A DNA stretch of 64,000 bases from Sphaerodactylus townsendi (GCF_021028975.2 NC_059437.1:39990001-40054000), one strand, 5' to 3'; positions 24,869 through 38,902 are shown, counted from the stretch's first letter. The notes: a model not told the origin generated them from the letters alone. Numbers and translations: made by a program.

Positions 24869-25724
24869 CTGAAACACAGTTAAGTGGTTAAAGGAGGGCT
24901 GAAGAAACCAGAAAGCACAATTGTGTATTTTATCAGCCCTTTGATTTCAAGCAATGGCAGCTTTTAGGATCACATCCCTATATTTTCGAATGGCTCTGAG
25001 GAAAAAGGGCTCTCTAAGGTACTGCATGCTGTCCCTGCAGTGTTTGAAACAGGCCACTAACCAAACATCAGCTACTGCGTGATAAAGCATTTGTCCAGAC
25101 TGTCATTTGTTTGGAAAGAAGAGTTTGAATTTGTATCCCCTCTTTCTCTCCTGTAAGGAGACTCATGGTGACTTACAAGCTTCTTTCCCTTCCTCTCCCC
25201 ACAACAGACACCTTGTGAGGTAGGTGAGAGAGTTCCAAAGAACTGTGACTAGCCCAAGGTCGCCCAGCAGGAATGTAGGAGTGCAGAAACACATCTGGTT
25301 CACCAGATAAGCCTCTGCCACTCTGTTGGAAGATTGCTAGTTACACAGAGAAGTGGTAGACTCACTGATTAAAGGTAAAGTTCAATGTTTTTTAGGGAAC
25401 TATACTTCAGACTGGAAAGCTGAGAGACAGGGATAGCTTCAGCTTCCTCACTAGCTAGCGGACAGAATACCAAGGAGGAGGAAATCAGACTTGAGATTAT
25501 CTAAGGACAGACAAGAGGGGACACAAAAGGGCAGAAGGGTCTCTAACCTTACAGCCCTATCTTATCTACCTGACCCCTGCTGGGCCTTCTCAGTTTCTCT
25601 GATGCTAGACATGGTCACATCCAACAATTTTCAACCAGTTTTTCCCTTCCCACATACATATCCCATCGCATCCAACCAACTAATCAATTAGCTAATATCA
25701 ACCTGGCTCGAACTTGGCACTCAC

Positions 25725-25838
25725 CACTTCAGAAGTTGCTTGTTTGTGTTCATGTTCTGATTTTCATCTCCCATGAGGTCGAGGACGGCACCCGAAGCCT
25801 GCTGCTCAAAAGCGCTGCCTTCCTTACTGATGCTGAGC
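25725..25838 (-). CDS. DDX54: DDX54 exon 17 (DBP10CT region)
   Basis: [39 protein letters not shown]|gtgagt; follows an 86-nt intron. Confidence 0.94.
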
Positions 25839-25924
25839 CTGGTCATACACAACAAGGTCAGAAGATCACCCTCCTGCTTGGATGGAGGCCTCGCTGCCCC
25901 CCCGTCCCCCAATCCTTGACATAC

Positions 25925-26067
25925 CCACGCTCAGAATCAAAGTCCTTTGGTCGGTAAGGGATGTAGAATTCCTCATCTCTCTGCGTCGCCTGTTTCCTCT
26001 TCTTCCCTGTGCCAGGTCCCACCTGGGGCTGCTTTCGCTTCTTCCCAACCACAGTGGAGAAGACATT
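25925..26067 (-). CDS. DDX54: DDX54 exon 16
   Basis: [13 protein letters not shown]...[20 protein letters not shown]|gtatgt. Confidence 0.94.
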
Positions 26068-26115
26068 CTGGGGCAGAAGAGTTAAGACCAGTAAATGACT
26101 CTTCCCTTGTCAAGA

Positions 26116-26501
26116 GGAGAGACTTAGGGAGCTGGGTATGCCTAGTTTGGTGAAGAGAAGGTTAAGAGGTGACATGATAGCCATGTGTAGATATTTAAAG
26201 GGATGTCATGTTGGTGAGGGAGCAAGCTTGTTTTCTGCTGCTCCAGAGACTAGGACCAGGAGTCATGGGTTCAAGGTGAGGAAAAAGAGATTCCACCTAA
26301 ACTTCAGGAAAAACTTCCTGACAGTAAGGGCTGTTCGACAGTGGAAGGCACTACTTCGGAGTGTGGTGGAGTCTCCTTACTTGGAGGTTTTTATAGAGAG
26401 GCTCAATGGTCATCTGTCAGGAGTGTTTTGATTGTGTGTTCCTGCATGGCAGGGGGTTGGACTTGATGGCCCTTTTGGTCTCTTCCAACTCTATGATTCT
26501 A
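26116..26501 (+). mobile_element. CR1 LINE 3' fragment
   Basis: ORF2 C-terminus KRRLRGDMIAM...TRSHGFK...RKNFLTVRAVRQW; tail TTCCAACTCTATGATTCTA. Confidence 0.9.
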
Positions 26502-27022
26502 GGAATATGATCCAGCTCCACTAAAGCAGAGCCCTCTTGTCCCACACCATCTCTGAGCCTGTCCTTCTCCATACTCAGTGGGTCACTCTAGAAAGAGTCC
26601 TCGGGACATCTTCCTGACTGGAACTGTGCACATATGATGACTCTCCAGAAGTCTGGAATAGTGGCCAGCAGGGGCCACAGAATGAAGCTTCTTGAAAATG
26701 GAGGCTCTCCCCTTTTTTTAAAAAAGAAGCAAGTTTCTACTCCTTATTAAAGGGCATAGAAAAATTACTGATTGACTCTCATCAGGACCGCTGCTGAATC
26801 AATATTTCCAGTGACCAAAGAACAGGACTTCTGTGTCCTACACTTGGACCATTTGCACTGAATATCAGAAGCAGAATCCAATGAAACAGATGAAGGAGTC
26901 CTGCACACTTGCTTAATTTATATATGACAGAATTGTATCACCGCAGAATCTGCAAGATCTCGGTTCGTTAGATCTGAGCGGAATCTCCACCCAGCATTGC
27001 TCATCACCTACAGTGGCCTTAC

Positions 27023-27223
27023 CTGCAGGGTTTCTTCCACCTCCTCAGAGTCTTCAACAGCAGCAACTGACATAGCTGAGTCTTGGACTTTCTCTGCTGC
27101 CAAGGCCAACCTTTCTTGCTGTTTCCTTTGGTGCCGGTCGATGAGCGGCCGGTCGTGGCTCCGTTTGGCTCGCATGATGTCGCTGGCCAGAGTCTTGTTG
27201 GTGGAGTTAATTTCAAAGATAGT
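27023..27223 (-). CDS. DDX54: DDX54 exon 15
   Basis: TIFEINSTNKTLASDIMRAKRSHDR...EEVEETLQ|gtaagg. Confidence 0.93.
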
Positions 27224-27920
27224 CTGATGCATTAAAGAGACACATGCAAAATGGTGACTGGGTGAGGCAGCGAAGACCTCCTTCCCGCTATTTTGCGCCA
27301 AACACAGCTGGAAGTTCATTTCCCATCCAAACTCTCAGAAGGTAGGGCTAAGTTCCAGGCTACATTGATGTGACGAGGTGAGTTGGACCAGAGGGCCTGT
27401 ATGGCCTCTTCCAACTCTATGATTCTATACCTTCACTCCGGCAATATTCCTTTCCCAAATGGTTCCCAAAGCTTCCCCCACCCCCCAATTACCATATAAT
27501 TCTTCCTTGCCCATTTTATTCTCACAACACTGCTAGGTAGATTTAGGCTGAGAGTACGACTAACTCAAGGGCATTCAATCAACTTCATGGTTAAGTGGGG
27601 ATATTTAAATGAAACCAAACTGTGGAAGTCACATCCAGTGGTTGCAAGGGTGACCACGAATGTAGACCACTTTAAAAGGGGAATCATATTATTTGAAAAA
27701 AGGTCCATCAATGACTACTAGCAGCAGTTGGTCTCTGTGGTCTCAGGTGGAGGCCTTTCACATCACAACAGCCTGGTGCTTTTTACTGGAGACACTGGGG
27801 GATTGAACCTACGAGCTTCTGTAAGCAAATCAGAGCCTCTTCCATTGAGCCATGATCCCTCCCCACTGACATCAAGAAGAGAGGAAGGGACTAATAACTG
27901 GAGCTCCCTGCTGCACTCAC

Positions 27921-27994
27921 TGCTTTGGAACGGTATGTTTTGATGCTGTCCATGAATTTTAGCTGCTCGATCTCATCCTCCTCAAAGCGCAAAC
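27921..27994 (-). CDS. DDX54: DDX54 exon 14
   Basis: LRFEEDEIEQLKFMDSIKTYRSKA|gtgagt. Confidence 0.93.
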
Positions 27995-28358
27995 CTGAAG
28001 AGAAACAACACAAAGGGTATTTTATTCTGGGCTATACGTATTCTAGGCAAAACAGAAATCAGCAAATGAGAACGTATTTTGCTTTTTACTTCACTTTCTT
28101 TCAGATTTATACCCCGCCCTATTTTGGTGGACCAGGCTCAGGGTGGCAAACATTATTACAGCTTAGTATACAAACAACCAATAAAACCATCGAATAATAA
28201 TAATACATTTCAGTGTTAAGCCTATCATTTAAACCAACAGCTTGGTGACAGAAAACTTTGGGCTTCCTGGAATAGAATTTCTGGAGGGAACCTTTACAGG
28301 GACCTCCTCCCAGTTCAGCATAGAGACTCCAAGGAGACTCTCTCACTACTGCCTATTT

Positions 28359-28506
28359 CAGTGGTGGCGAACCTATGGAACTCCAGATGTTCATGAACTA
28401 CAATTCCCAGCAGCCCCTGCCAGCATGACCAATTGGCCATGATGTCAGGGGCTGCTGGGAACTGTAGTCCATGAACATCTGGAGTGCCAAAGGTTCGCCA
28501 CCACTG
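28359..28506. mobile_element. Palindromic hAT MITE
   Basis: CAGTGGTGGCGAACC TIRs; 8-bp TSD GCCTATTT. Confidence 0.92.
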
Positions 28507-29001
28507 GCCTATTTGCTCATATGTAAACGGGAGAAACAAGGGGAAAGGGGAAAAGATGAGAAAAAGGGAAGGGAGGGGAACATGAGGAAAAGGGGGGGAG
28601 GGGAAGAAAAAGGGCCCCCAGAATTATTGTCAAGTCCTGGCTGACTTAATCAAATGCTTGATGAAACGTTTTAGTTTTCAAGGCACTTTGCTATATCCCG
28701 CAGGGCCCCAATCTTGGATGGCTCCGTGTTCCACCATGTTGCGAGAGGACTTACACTAAATTCTGATGGGCTGTTTTACAATATATGGGGAGTCTTCCCA
28801 CTGGAGAGGCAGAACATTCAAACGTATGCCAGCCTTCCCCACATCTGCCATGGTGCAGACCACAATTCCACCTGCCATGGAGTTCCAAGCCTGCTGTGAG
28901 AGAAAGGGCCACAGAAGCCAAGCCATGGAACTCCTACTACGCAGTCTGTTTGCAGCCAAAAGCACCAGTTATTTCACCCTCTCTCTGGAGAGAACACTCA
29001 C

Positions 29002-29223
29002 TAAAGAGAGGATGAATGCCCAGAAGGGAGAAGTCCATTTCTTTGACCCTCTTGATGGATTCCGGTGATGGACCCGGCCGTGACTTCAGGAATTGCTTCT
29101 GAGCGTTGTCAGACACTCGACGCAAACTCTGCAGGTCCAGTGAGCGCTCGTGGTCTGTCTGCAGCAGGCTCTCCTCGTCGTCAATGACGCTTTGGGGTAC
29201 GCGACCAAAGACACCGTCTGCAT
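29002..29223 (-). CDS. DDX54: DDX54 exon 13
   Basis: [17 protein letters not shown]...[28 protein letters not shown]|gtgagt. Confidence 0.95.
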
Positions 29224-30683
29224 CTGAAACAGGAGGAAAGGATTGGCCACAGAGCCCAGGTTGGGAACAGGTGATGGAGAATTCTCTCAGTCAGGATACA
29301 GCCAAGAATCCAGCTTCAGAAGCAAAGGGATTGCCACCACCCAGAAGCAATGCCAGGGCCTGAGGGAATCTTGACAGAACGGCCTTGCCACCAGAACACC
29401 AATGGGCAACTTATGATGAACCTGAAATTAAGGACGTGCCAACCTGTATGTAAGCTTGGAGTTAGTTCATCAATCTGAAGATTTCAGGTTGTGTGTGTTT
29501 AGTTCCTACCTCCTTGGCCTGGAAGCTTAAACTAAAAAAGGCAAAAGTTATGGTGATTTTTTTTAAAGCTAAAAGATCTCTAATTCTCTGTACAGCTCCT
29601 TGCCCCATATATGCCTAGCAGGAAAGCTAATGAAAGTTTCCTTATTCCACATAAACAGAAAATGCAGAATTCATTTTCCTTCAGTGACAAATGTTTATGC
29701 ATGCTAGCATGAATGAGCTGTGGGCTCACTGCCACATTACTAAGACCAATTCCCGCTGGAGGTTTAAAGATCCCCACATGACTAGAAGCCTCCAGTGGAC
29801 TGTAGCAACTATTGGGCTCCAACAGCTATTGCAGGCAGGAAGCCTCGTTCCGGCCGTATCTCTATGTTGGCATTGCCACGACTACCATCACAACCTCCAT
29901 CAATGTAGATATCCTTCTTGCAGCAGAGAAGAACTAGAATCACCCCAGCAGGAGGAACATCTGCCTGCCATGCAGTAACTTTTCTATCAGTCTACCGATA
30001 TTACTCGCTCTCAACAAACTTTTGCTCCTAGGCCATGTCAGTTGCTCATGGCTTTGGGGGGGAAAAAAACTTATCCAAACTTCCCTTGCTAAGAATAATT
30101 ATTACAAGCTATAGCTGAGCCACAGCTTGCAAGCTGGTTTACAAGGCACCGTGTACCTTTCCTAATGATGTATTCCCTCCCTTTCATACAACAACTTGGG
30201 AAAGATTGTTCAGTTCAGTTTATCGCACGAAGTCAAAAGCATTTACAAAGAATCAACAATAAAATGTAAGATACTCCAAAATTGGATTAAGGCACTGTTA
30301 GAAGTTGCATTTTCAAAACAGTTTAAAGCTCATTTCATTAAAGAGCGACAGAAAGGGTCCCATATATGTCTATCAGATGACTAACACAAATAAGATCTTT
30401 AGGTGATCTGTGCAGAAACCAGCATGGCCCCAATTTTCATTGCAGCTTGAGAACAAAAGGCCAACCTTGTAAGAAACTTCTGGTTCCACGTCTGCAAGGA
30501 GAAATAAGACTTCCTCCATCATGATGCTTAAGCCTGAGCTGGCCAAATTTTTTTTTGTTTTAGATCTGAATAAAGTGGACAAATCAACAAACAGTGACAC
30601 AAGCCTTCTGGTTCTAAATCTCCATATGTAAAGAAAGACTGTCACCCTTACCAGTCAGCCACATTGGACAGGGGATTCCCTAC

Positions 30684-30818
30684 CTGTGGGCTTCGTGTGG
30701 GGGCTGGCAAGGATAAGGGGACGGCCGAGAAACAGGTGCAAATCGAAGATGTACGGAGTCTCATCGGGCGCCACCAAAGAGTAGGCTGTTCCACTCCTTC
30801 CAGCACGCGCCACTCTGC
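30684..30818 (-). CDS. DDX54: DDX54 exon 12
   Basis: [45 protein letters not shown]|gtaggg. Confidence 0.95.
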
Positions 30819-31050
30819 CTGGGTAGAAAAAGCAAAGGAAGTGTCAAATGCAGAATGAGACTGCGAAAATTCAGAGGTGCCTCTCTTTTCCCTCCACCTT
30901 TTTTCTCTGTTTTTCTCAGATGTATTATTCTGCCTTTACCTCATTTTTCTCTAATTATCATATCCGGTTCATCTGGAGATGCATGAAATCCAGGCTGTTG
31001 CATGCATGGCACTGTTTTATATTTCATTGTTCTTCAAACTGCGCAATCCA

Positions 31051-31418
31051 GGCCCCTTCCGCACGGGCCAATTAACCGGGGTAACGACGGGATAAAACCC
31101 ATTTTGGGGGGAACATTGCATGGATTCTGCTCCTGAAGCGAGTCCGCCCCACGTTTCCCCCAACCCAGTTTTTTTGAGAATCGCGCCATCTGCGACACTT
31201 TAGTTTTAATGTGGGTTGTAGTCGCGCTTTTCTTTTTTCCCACTCACCTCCCTCCACTGCGTAGCCACGCAGGGACACAGGGATGGCAGCATGGCTGTGG
31301 AGGGCCATGCCGGCCTGCCCATGTAGCTACGCAGCGGAGGAAGGTGAGTGGGAGAAACCCCCGCCTCCGTGCATGAGGGGGCCCCATCCACTGCCTGCAC
31401 GGAGGAATGCATACGGCC
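31051..31418. mobile_element. Longer GC-rich Harbinger-like non-autonomous element
   Basis: Begins GGCCCCTTCCGCAC like the MITE family and ends ...ACGGCC; CpG-rich interior. Confidence 0.55.
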
Positions 31419-31792
31419 TGAGGCTACAGCAGGTTGCTTTATCCCGACTGCAACCCGCTGTATACATTACCCTGATCTTTTGTGCATTGCCCTTTTAACT
31501 CTGTAATCTGCCTTGAGTCTCCATGAAAAAGGCAGAAAATGAATGCAATAAATAACAGAGCCTCAGTTAGGAAAGAGAAGGCAACATGGGCCCAGACTGA
31601 TGGCGTAAGGCACAGGTGTCCAACTCGCAGCCCTCCAGATGTTTTGGACTACAGTTCCCATCACCTGTAGTCCATGATGGGAACTGTAGTCCATAACATC
31701 TGGAGGGCCGTGAGTTTGACACCTATGGAAGGCAACTTCATAGATTAACACACATAAGGCTCCAGGCTAAGAACACGGCCTTCAGAACTCAC

Positions 31793-32003
31793 CCACACGA
31801 TGCAGGAAAAGCTTCGCCTTGGCAGGGAAGCTGTAGTTGACCACATTGTCCAGCAAGGGGATGTCAATCCCACGGGCGGCCAAGTCAGTGACGATCAGCA
31901 CTGAGCACTTGCCATGGGTGAATTTGCCAATGTTAATTTTGCGGGCTGTCTGGTCCAAAGAGCTGTAGATGTGCGTGCATTCCACACCCTGAGCTGTCAG
32001 CAG
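31793..32003 (-). CDS. DDX54: DDX54 exon 11 (motifs V-VI)
   Basis: [22 protein letters not shown]...[33 protein letters not shown]|gtgagt. Confidence 0.96.
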
Positions 32004-32882
32004 CTGTAGAGAGACCAGTAAGTCAGCAGATCCAGATTTTCACTGCTTATTTATTTATACTTTGCATTTGTATCCCACCAATCTCCCAAAAGACTCGAGG
32101 CGGCTTTGCAATCAATATATGGAAAACATATAAAAACAATACAGAATTACAGAATACAAAGATATAAATGCTAAAACCAGTTAACTTCTAGATGGCATAA
32201 AAAACCCTAAACAATATAAGGGAACAGGTGTGCATTTAATATCCCTCTGTTTTTCAGCCCTCTGTGGAAATAGCAAAGGACTGAACTGAAAATTTATTTT
32301 TGCAATGTTCCTCTTTTGAAAAAGGTATGTTTCTAGTCCTCATGGCTCTACAGAAAAATAATAGTCTCTAGCAGACTATATCACGATCACAAGGAATCCT
32401 TGAAAGCTATGCTAATGAAACTGTTTTACAGATGAAATTTTAAAGGCACAAAATGGAGTGCAGGTATAGATCTTTAATTTCTAAAGTGCTGCCTATGACA
32501 AATTGTTTCATAATACAAGGAACTCCACTCTCTTATTTGTTAGTGAGGCTTTAATTGCCACATACAGCAAATGAGGCGGCGCAATTTCAGACGGCAGGTG
32601 TACCTCAGGCTCAAATGGGTACCTAGCAGCTTTCCCCCTAGAAGCCGCCTGTCATGCAAGACCCCACCTGTCATCTGAGGTGGTAGATTTCAGGAAACAG
32701 GTGAGTCCACCCGCTATTTGGAAGAACTAGATCTATGAAGCTGTCATTTGGCCATTCCCTGACACAGAAGTATGGGGAAAGCTGATTCAGCAGTTGATGG
32801 GAAATGGAGGAAACTTTTCTCAACTTTTTCACACTCCTACTCACTCAAGAAGCTCACTTGAGCCTGTCACTTTCCCTTAGAC

Positions 32883-33017
32883 CAGGGGTGGCCAAGCTAT
32901 GGTGCTCCAAATGTTCATGGACTATCATTCCCATCAGCCCCTGCCAGCATGGTCAATTGGGGCTGATGGGAATTGTAGTCCATGAACATCTGGAACACCA
33001 TAGGTCAGCCACCCCTA
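32883..33017. mobile_element. Palindromic hAT MITE (further copies at about 31610-31727, 36638-36772, 39831-39960, 47570-47696)
   Basis: 8-bp TSD CCTTAGAC; shared core CCAGATGTTCATGGACTACAATTCCCATCAGCCC. Confidence 0.88.
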
Positions 33018-33274
33018 CCTTAGACTAACCTACGAGACAAGGCTGTTGTGAGGGTCAACAGAAGAAAAAAAATAAAAACACCAAACGTAGCAAGAAATGA
33101 AGTATATGACCAGTTGTGGTTACATACTGGTTCAGTTGAGGCCTGAAGAAAAAGAATGCAAATTGAATCAGAACTGAAAAAGGATTTGAAGGGAGAAATC
33201 ACAGCACTGCATAGACGCTGAAAGGGCACCCAGCTGTGACAGGCCCTTCCCTTTCCCTAGAAACCCTCACACAC

Positions 33275-33406
33275 CTCTTTAAGATACTCCGTGTGGTGTT
33301 TGGTGGATACAAACACGAGGGTCTGGTCTTGAGGTCTAACCACTGTTCTGAGTAGATGCAAGAGGAGCGCTGGCTTGTCATCCGCACGAACATGGAAGAA
33401 GGAGAG
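33275..33406 (-). CDS. DDX54: DDX54 exon 10 (motif IV)
   Basis: [44 protein letters not shown]|gtgtgt. Confidence 0.94.
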
Positions 33407-34139
33407 CTGGACATTAAGACAGGTGAAAAATTAGTCAGCAGCAACCCTAATGGCAGCCAGGAACTGCACAGAACAGCTGAGGTCAAACGATTCTTCCACC
33501 CAAAGGGGTTCAGTACACAGCATCATTCCTTGAAACGTACAGATTAACACAAATAGGCAAGATGAGCTACAGCAAATACATCAAACAATGGTTTCAAATG
33601 CAGAAGATGTAGAAGAAAAGTTTGGAATTTGTACCCTGCTTTTCTCTCCTGTAAGGAGACTCAAAGTGGCTGACAAACTTATTTGCCTTCCTCTCCCCAC
33701 AACAGACACCTTGTGAGGCAGGTGGGGCTGAGAGAGTTTGGAGAGAACTGTGATGAGTCAAAGTTCATCCAGTTCACCAAAGTTCACTTCATGAGCACCA
33801 GCAAACCACTGGCAATTCAATAAGTAACAACACATGTTCTATTCATGTCTTGCAGCCCATATAAGCAGCAGTGGATACATGGAGGACATTCTCTAATGCT
33901 GGTGAGACTGCAAGGAACCAGAGCCCCATGTTATCAAGGTTGTCTCCTGCCACGCTAGCAAGCCAAGGTGTTCAACACTAGCCACTGCCTGAGACTCGTC
34001 CTAGGGAAGGAAGGTCACCTCACCCAACACAAAGCAGCACGGTGTAAGACCACTGCCAGACGAGGCCTCCTTAAGTCTCAGGAGACACCAACTCCCCTTC
34101 CCCCCACAAAACGTTTCTGGATTTTTGCGACTTCCCCAC

Positions 34140-34201
34140 CTTCAACTGCTCGCTGAGCTTGGACTCCACATCCAGGCGAATCAACATGGGTTCTGTGAGG
34201 C
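34140..34201 (-). CDS. DDX54: DDX54 exon 9
   Basis: LTEPMLIRLDVESKLSEQLK|gtgggg. Confidence 0.93.
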
Positions 34202-34827
34202 CTGAGAAGGAAGTGGGGGGAAAAGACAATGTGAGTGTTCCTTGTCTCTCACAGAAGACTGTGGGGCAGTTGCCAGGAAACGAAAGATGGGTGCCAACGC
34301 CCAGAAGCAGGCTGAGAAATTCCTTCTACCGTGACACACTCCTCTGCTTGTACAGATGTTACCAAACAAGAACATAAAAATGACACCTGAGTGAGGCCCA
34401 AGACCCCATCAGAAGTGCCAAATTCTGCCTCATTCATAGTCCCCCATTATCTCCTTCCAAATACCAGCTGAGTTAGGCACAGTTTTGACACAGGACACAA
34501 GAAGAGGGTCTGTGCCTCAGTGCTAGACTACCTTGTTTTATATGCAAAAAACTCCGAACAAAAATGCAAAGCATCAAGCCCAGAATCAGTACGTGGCACT
34601 TACATTGAGCAGGTGCTGAGAAAAATACTTCTCTGCTGGTAACCAACATACTGGGTGGAGAATGCCATACTGGAACAAACAGGGCCAACACCCTGACTCT
34701 GTATCAAGGCACAGTAGTCGGGTAGGAACAAAACATGAAATGCTACCGCATGTGCTCCAGAAGGCCACCAGTCTGCCAATATGAGGGCATTTCCCACCCT
34801 CCTCAATCACAAGGCCTGCCCACTTAC

Positions 34828-34949
34828 CAGCTCGGGCAAACTCCGCCAGAAGTTTTGGCAGGGTGGCAGAGAACAGCACTGTCTGGCGGCTCTCGGGGAG
34901 TCGGGCGAGGATCTCCTGCAACTGCTCAGCAAAGCCCATCTCAAAGAGC
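34828..34949 (-). CDS. DDX54: DDX54 exon 8 (SAT motif III)
   Basis: [41 protein letters not shown]|gtaagt. Confidence 0.96.
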
Positions 34950-34959
34950 CTGTGGAGGG

Positions 34960-35965
34960 AATCACAGAATCATAGAGTTGGAAGGGATCCCAAGGGCCAT
35001 CAAGTCCAACCCCCTGGCATGCAGGAACACACAGTTAAAGCACTCCCAACACATGTTCATCCAGTGTCTGTTTAAAAACCTCCAAAGCAGGAGACTCCAC
35101 CACTCTCTGAGGCAGTGAATTCCTCTGTTGAACAGAGGAAGAACTTTCTGACAGTCAGAAATTTCTTCCTAATGTTTAGGTGGAACCTCTTTTCCTGCAC
35201 CTTGAATCCATTACGCCGTGTCCCAGTCTCTGAGGCAGCAGAAAACAAGCTTGTTCCGTCTTTTGACATGACATCCCTTCAAATATTTAAACATAGCTGT
35301 CATGTCCCCCCTTAACCTTTGCTTCTCCAAACATCCCCAGCTCCCTAAGCCTCTCTTCGTAGGGCAAAGAGATGTACTGTAGTGAGGAACAAGTCATGGA
35401 GAAATCACCATAACCAAATGACCTTGTCCTGCTCTCAGAATGCTTACAAATAGGGCCTGTGGGACGCTTGTTGGAGACATGTGTGCCCCAGCAGCAGCAG
35501 CTTCCCAAAGATAGTAAAAACGACAACTCTGGGGGGACTCTCAACCCACACAAGGGTTTCAGCCTATAGACAACCTCTGGACTAGGAAACTGAATGTTAT
35601 CAGAATATTTTCTTAATGCAGATGTCAATCTTTTTCAGCTTTCTGCTGTGTGACACAGCCCTAGTTGCGGATTGACTCCACTACACTCTGAGGTTGTGCA
35701 TTCCACTGTCAAACAGCCCTGACTGTCAAGAAGCTTTTCCTGGCGTTTAGGTGGAATCTCTTTTCCTTCACTTTGAACCCATTACTCCTGGTTCTAGTCT
35801 CTGAGGCAGCAGAAAACAAGCTTGCTCCCTCACCAACATGACATCCCTTCAAATATCTAAACATAGCTACCATGTCCCCTCTTAAACCTTCTCTTCACCA
35901 AACTAAACGTACTCAGTTCCCTAAGTCTTTCCTCATAGGGCAGGGATTCCAGACCTTTTACCATT
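34960..35965 (-). mobile_element. Two CR1 LINE 3' fragments (about 34960-35365 and 35670-35965)
   Basis: Reverse CR1 tail GAATCACAGAATCATAGA and ORF2 remnants. Confidence 0.85.
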
Positions 35966-37136
35966 TTGGAAGCAGCACAAAAATTCAGCAAGTGGCAGGG
36001 ATGGAAGAGAAGAGCAACTGGACAGGATCCCTAGCAACCTACAACTAAAAAGTTTTAGATGGCTTTGGAAGTCAGCCACATATCGAGTTAGTCATTGGTT
36101 TGGGGGAAAAGGTAGGGCATCATTTCTGGTATTATGATAAATCAGGGACACCTGGAAGGAGGTTCATTGTAATTTATTAAAATAGTGATACCCCACATTT
36201 CCTATATTTCAAGGCGGCTTAAAAATTCATTTAAAAAAAAATACAACCCCACTTGCAAAACAATCCCAGTATTCCAAGCATACTGATTGCAACACAACAA
36301 ACTTTAAAAAGCCCAGCAAGTTCCTAGTCCCTTTAATTACACAAAGCGAGAAGGGTTGTTGGTGTAAGCTTTCTTGGGATGGGGGGCAGAACCCCACACA
36401 GGGGAAGGACAAAAGCAAATCTATTATACAGAATCTTGCAAGGTTAGTTTATATCATCTTTACAGAATTGCAGAAATCAACTTCCTCTTAATGCAGAATT
36501 CTCCCTTGACATAAATTTTGGAAAGGGGGGTGGGGGCATATAGAGCAAACAGTGCCCAAAACTGAATAAAAGTGATAGCGCTAAAATAACCATTCACCTG
36601 AACATGAGTGAAAACAGGGCATTTCCTTCATCTACAGCACAGGTGTCAAACTCGCAGCCCTCTAGATGATATGGACTACAGTTCCCATTACCCCCTGCCA
36701 GCATGATGCTGGCAGGGGATGATGGGAACTGTAGTCAATAACATCTGGAGGGCTGCGAGTTTGACACCTATGGGGTACCAGGAGGACAGTCCAATTACAG
36801 AAACCTTACTTGTAAAAGTCTGAATACTAATCAGTTGACTGAACCTGCATACATTTGAACATGAGATGGGAAAAAACAGTTCTAAAGAAAAAAAACTTCA
36901 CATGTTTCCTACTTCAACCCTGCTGCTTTCACTAGAAAAGCATTCTCGTTTCTCTCCCCCACACAAGCCGCTTGAATTTTTTACAACTAGTTGTATTGAT
37001 TATCTTCACTTAATCAGCTGTCAAATTAATTTGGGGCACTCGTCAGTTGATCAGTTTAAAAACATTCGAATCAAAAGCTCAGTCGCCAGAAATTACACAA
37101 TTATCGGTGCAATCCTACAGAGTTATCAAAACTGAC

Positions 37137-37232
37137 CTGTCTGCTTCATCAAACACCACGTATTCCACGCTCTGCAGCTTGAGTTTCATCTCCACGGCCA
37201 CGTGAACCAGGCGGCCAGGGGTGGCGATGATT
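37137..37232 (-). CDS. DDX54: DDX54 exon 7 (motif Ib, DEAD box)
   Basis: [33 protein letters not shown]|gtcagt. Confidence 0.96.
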
Positions 37233-37768
37233 CTGTGGAGGGACAGACACAGTGAGTGCTTGCCATAAGGAAAAGAGGAGCTCTCTCTTTCTCCTGCCAT
37301 CTGTCTCTGGAAACTAATCCCAAGATGCAGCCAAACACCCTGCCAGGGGGTCAGAGTGGTATAGTTCGTGCAGGTAGACTAAATATGGATTGTACCATTT
37401 CAGACTGCAGGTGACTGAATCCTGCCCCTTCCTAGCAAAAAAATAAAGAAGGTTTTAGGTAGTCAGCTGAAGGTTGACTCAACCTTCCATCCTTCAATTG
37501 TCAGTAAAATGAGTACCCAGCTTGCTGGGATTAAAGTGTAGATGACTGCACAGCGTCAGGCTAGGGCCCAGGTTCTAATCCCGCCTCAGACTGACAGCTC
37601 CAAGGAGCAATCCCGAACCTTTCCTACATGGAGATTTTAACAGAGGTATGTCTCAAGGCAGCCCCGGCTACCTAGACTTGATCCTAAGTAACTTGCTCCC
37701 ATCCAAAGCTAGGAAAGAGAAATTCTCCCTGCTACAAACACACATCCAGGTAGGAATTTTTGACTCAC

Positions 37769-37810
37769 ATATCAGGGTTTTCATGCAGGGCTGCAAACTG
37801 GTCTTCCATT
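37769..37810 (-). CDS. DDX54: DDX54 exon 6
   Basis: MEDQFAALHENPD AT|gtgagt. Confidence 0.95.
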
Positions 37811-38782
37811 CTGGAAAGGAAAACGCAAATTTATGCCAGACAAACATTTGAAGAGGTAGAGTGATACCACTCTCTCCCTTCATCTGAATCAGAAAGCCAC
37901 ACTTCGCACCTGATTCAGACGCTGCGGGAGAATGAGGTGGTAGAATGGGGTGCATCGCTTCATAGATAGATTCCAGCTTTGAGTGGTTCTTGGCATAAAA
38001 CACTGCCTGCACCAAGAAATCTAGTAGAGCACGGGAAAACATTCTGCCCACTATTTCCTGGCTTTCTATTCACAAGAAGTTATTTGGAAATGAAAGGGAA
38101 CATTCCAAAAAGAGGATCCTCTGCCTGGAGTTTGAAGCGGCGAACCTCAGAATGGTTTTGCTTTATTTTCTCACATGTCTGAGTCAAACTTTTGAGTCTA
38201 CAGCTTTTACAAGCTCTGCACCAAATACTTCACCTTCCTTTGCTTTTCAGAGCAGTAATCGGCTTTCTTGGGAGAACCAATCTCATGAAAAAGGGAGTGA
38301 ACTGGCTGTGCCTCAACCACCCCCAAATAAGACGTGTGGTGCCAAAAACACCATTTCCCCTCATGCCTATGTGCTGGAATTTGTGTGTGGGAATCACCTT
38401 CATTAAGGTGAATTTGTGTGTGGGAATCTCCTGATAGATTTGCTGGGGTGGGGACTCTTCCAATTCCTCAAACTTATCCATTTCATTGGTTTTTACCTAA
38501 CGGCTTCTGAGACTTCAAACATATCCACGAGGGAGGGGTTTTTCAATGGTTATTAGCCATTACAGCTAAATGGAACATCTCTGTTTAGGGGCAGTATACC
38601 CCTCAGTTCTGGATGCTGGAGAGAGCTAGTTGCCTTCACACCCTAGTCATGGCAACTGGCTGGACACAGGATTCTGGGCGAGGTGAGCCTTTGACCTCAT
38701 CTAGCAGGCCTTCTTCTACAGTCTTAAGCAAAACATGTCCTTAACGATGGAACAGATCAGGAATATAGACACAGAAACTTAC

Positions 38783-38832
38783 TTGTCTCCTCCAAGAATC
38801 AAGGCAGTTTTCAGCCCAGTAAACCGGCCAAG
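38783..38832 (-). CDS. DDX54: DDX54 exon 5
   Basis: LGRFTGLKTALILGGD AA|gtaagt. Confidence 0.95.
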
Positions 38833-38902
38833 CTGCAACACCAGACAAAGGAGAATTAGGCTGCTATCTTGGGAACTTTGATGCTATACTTTCCAATTCT
38901 CA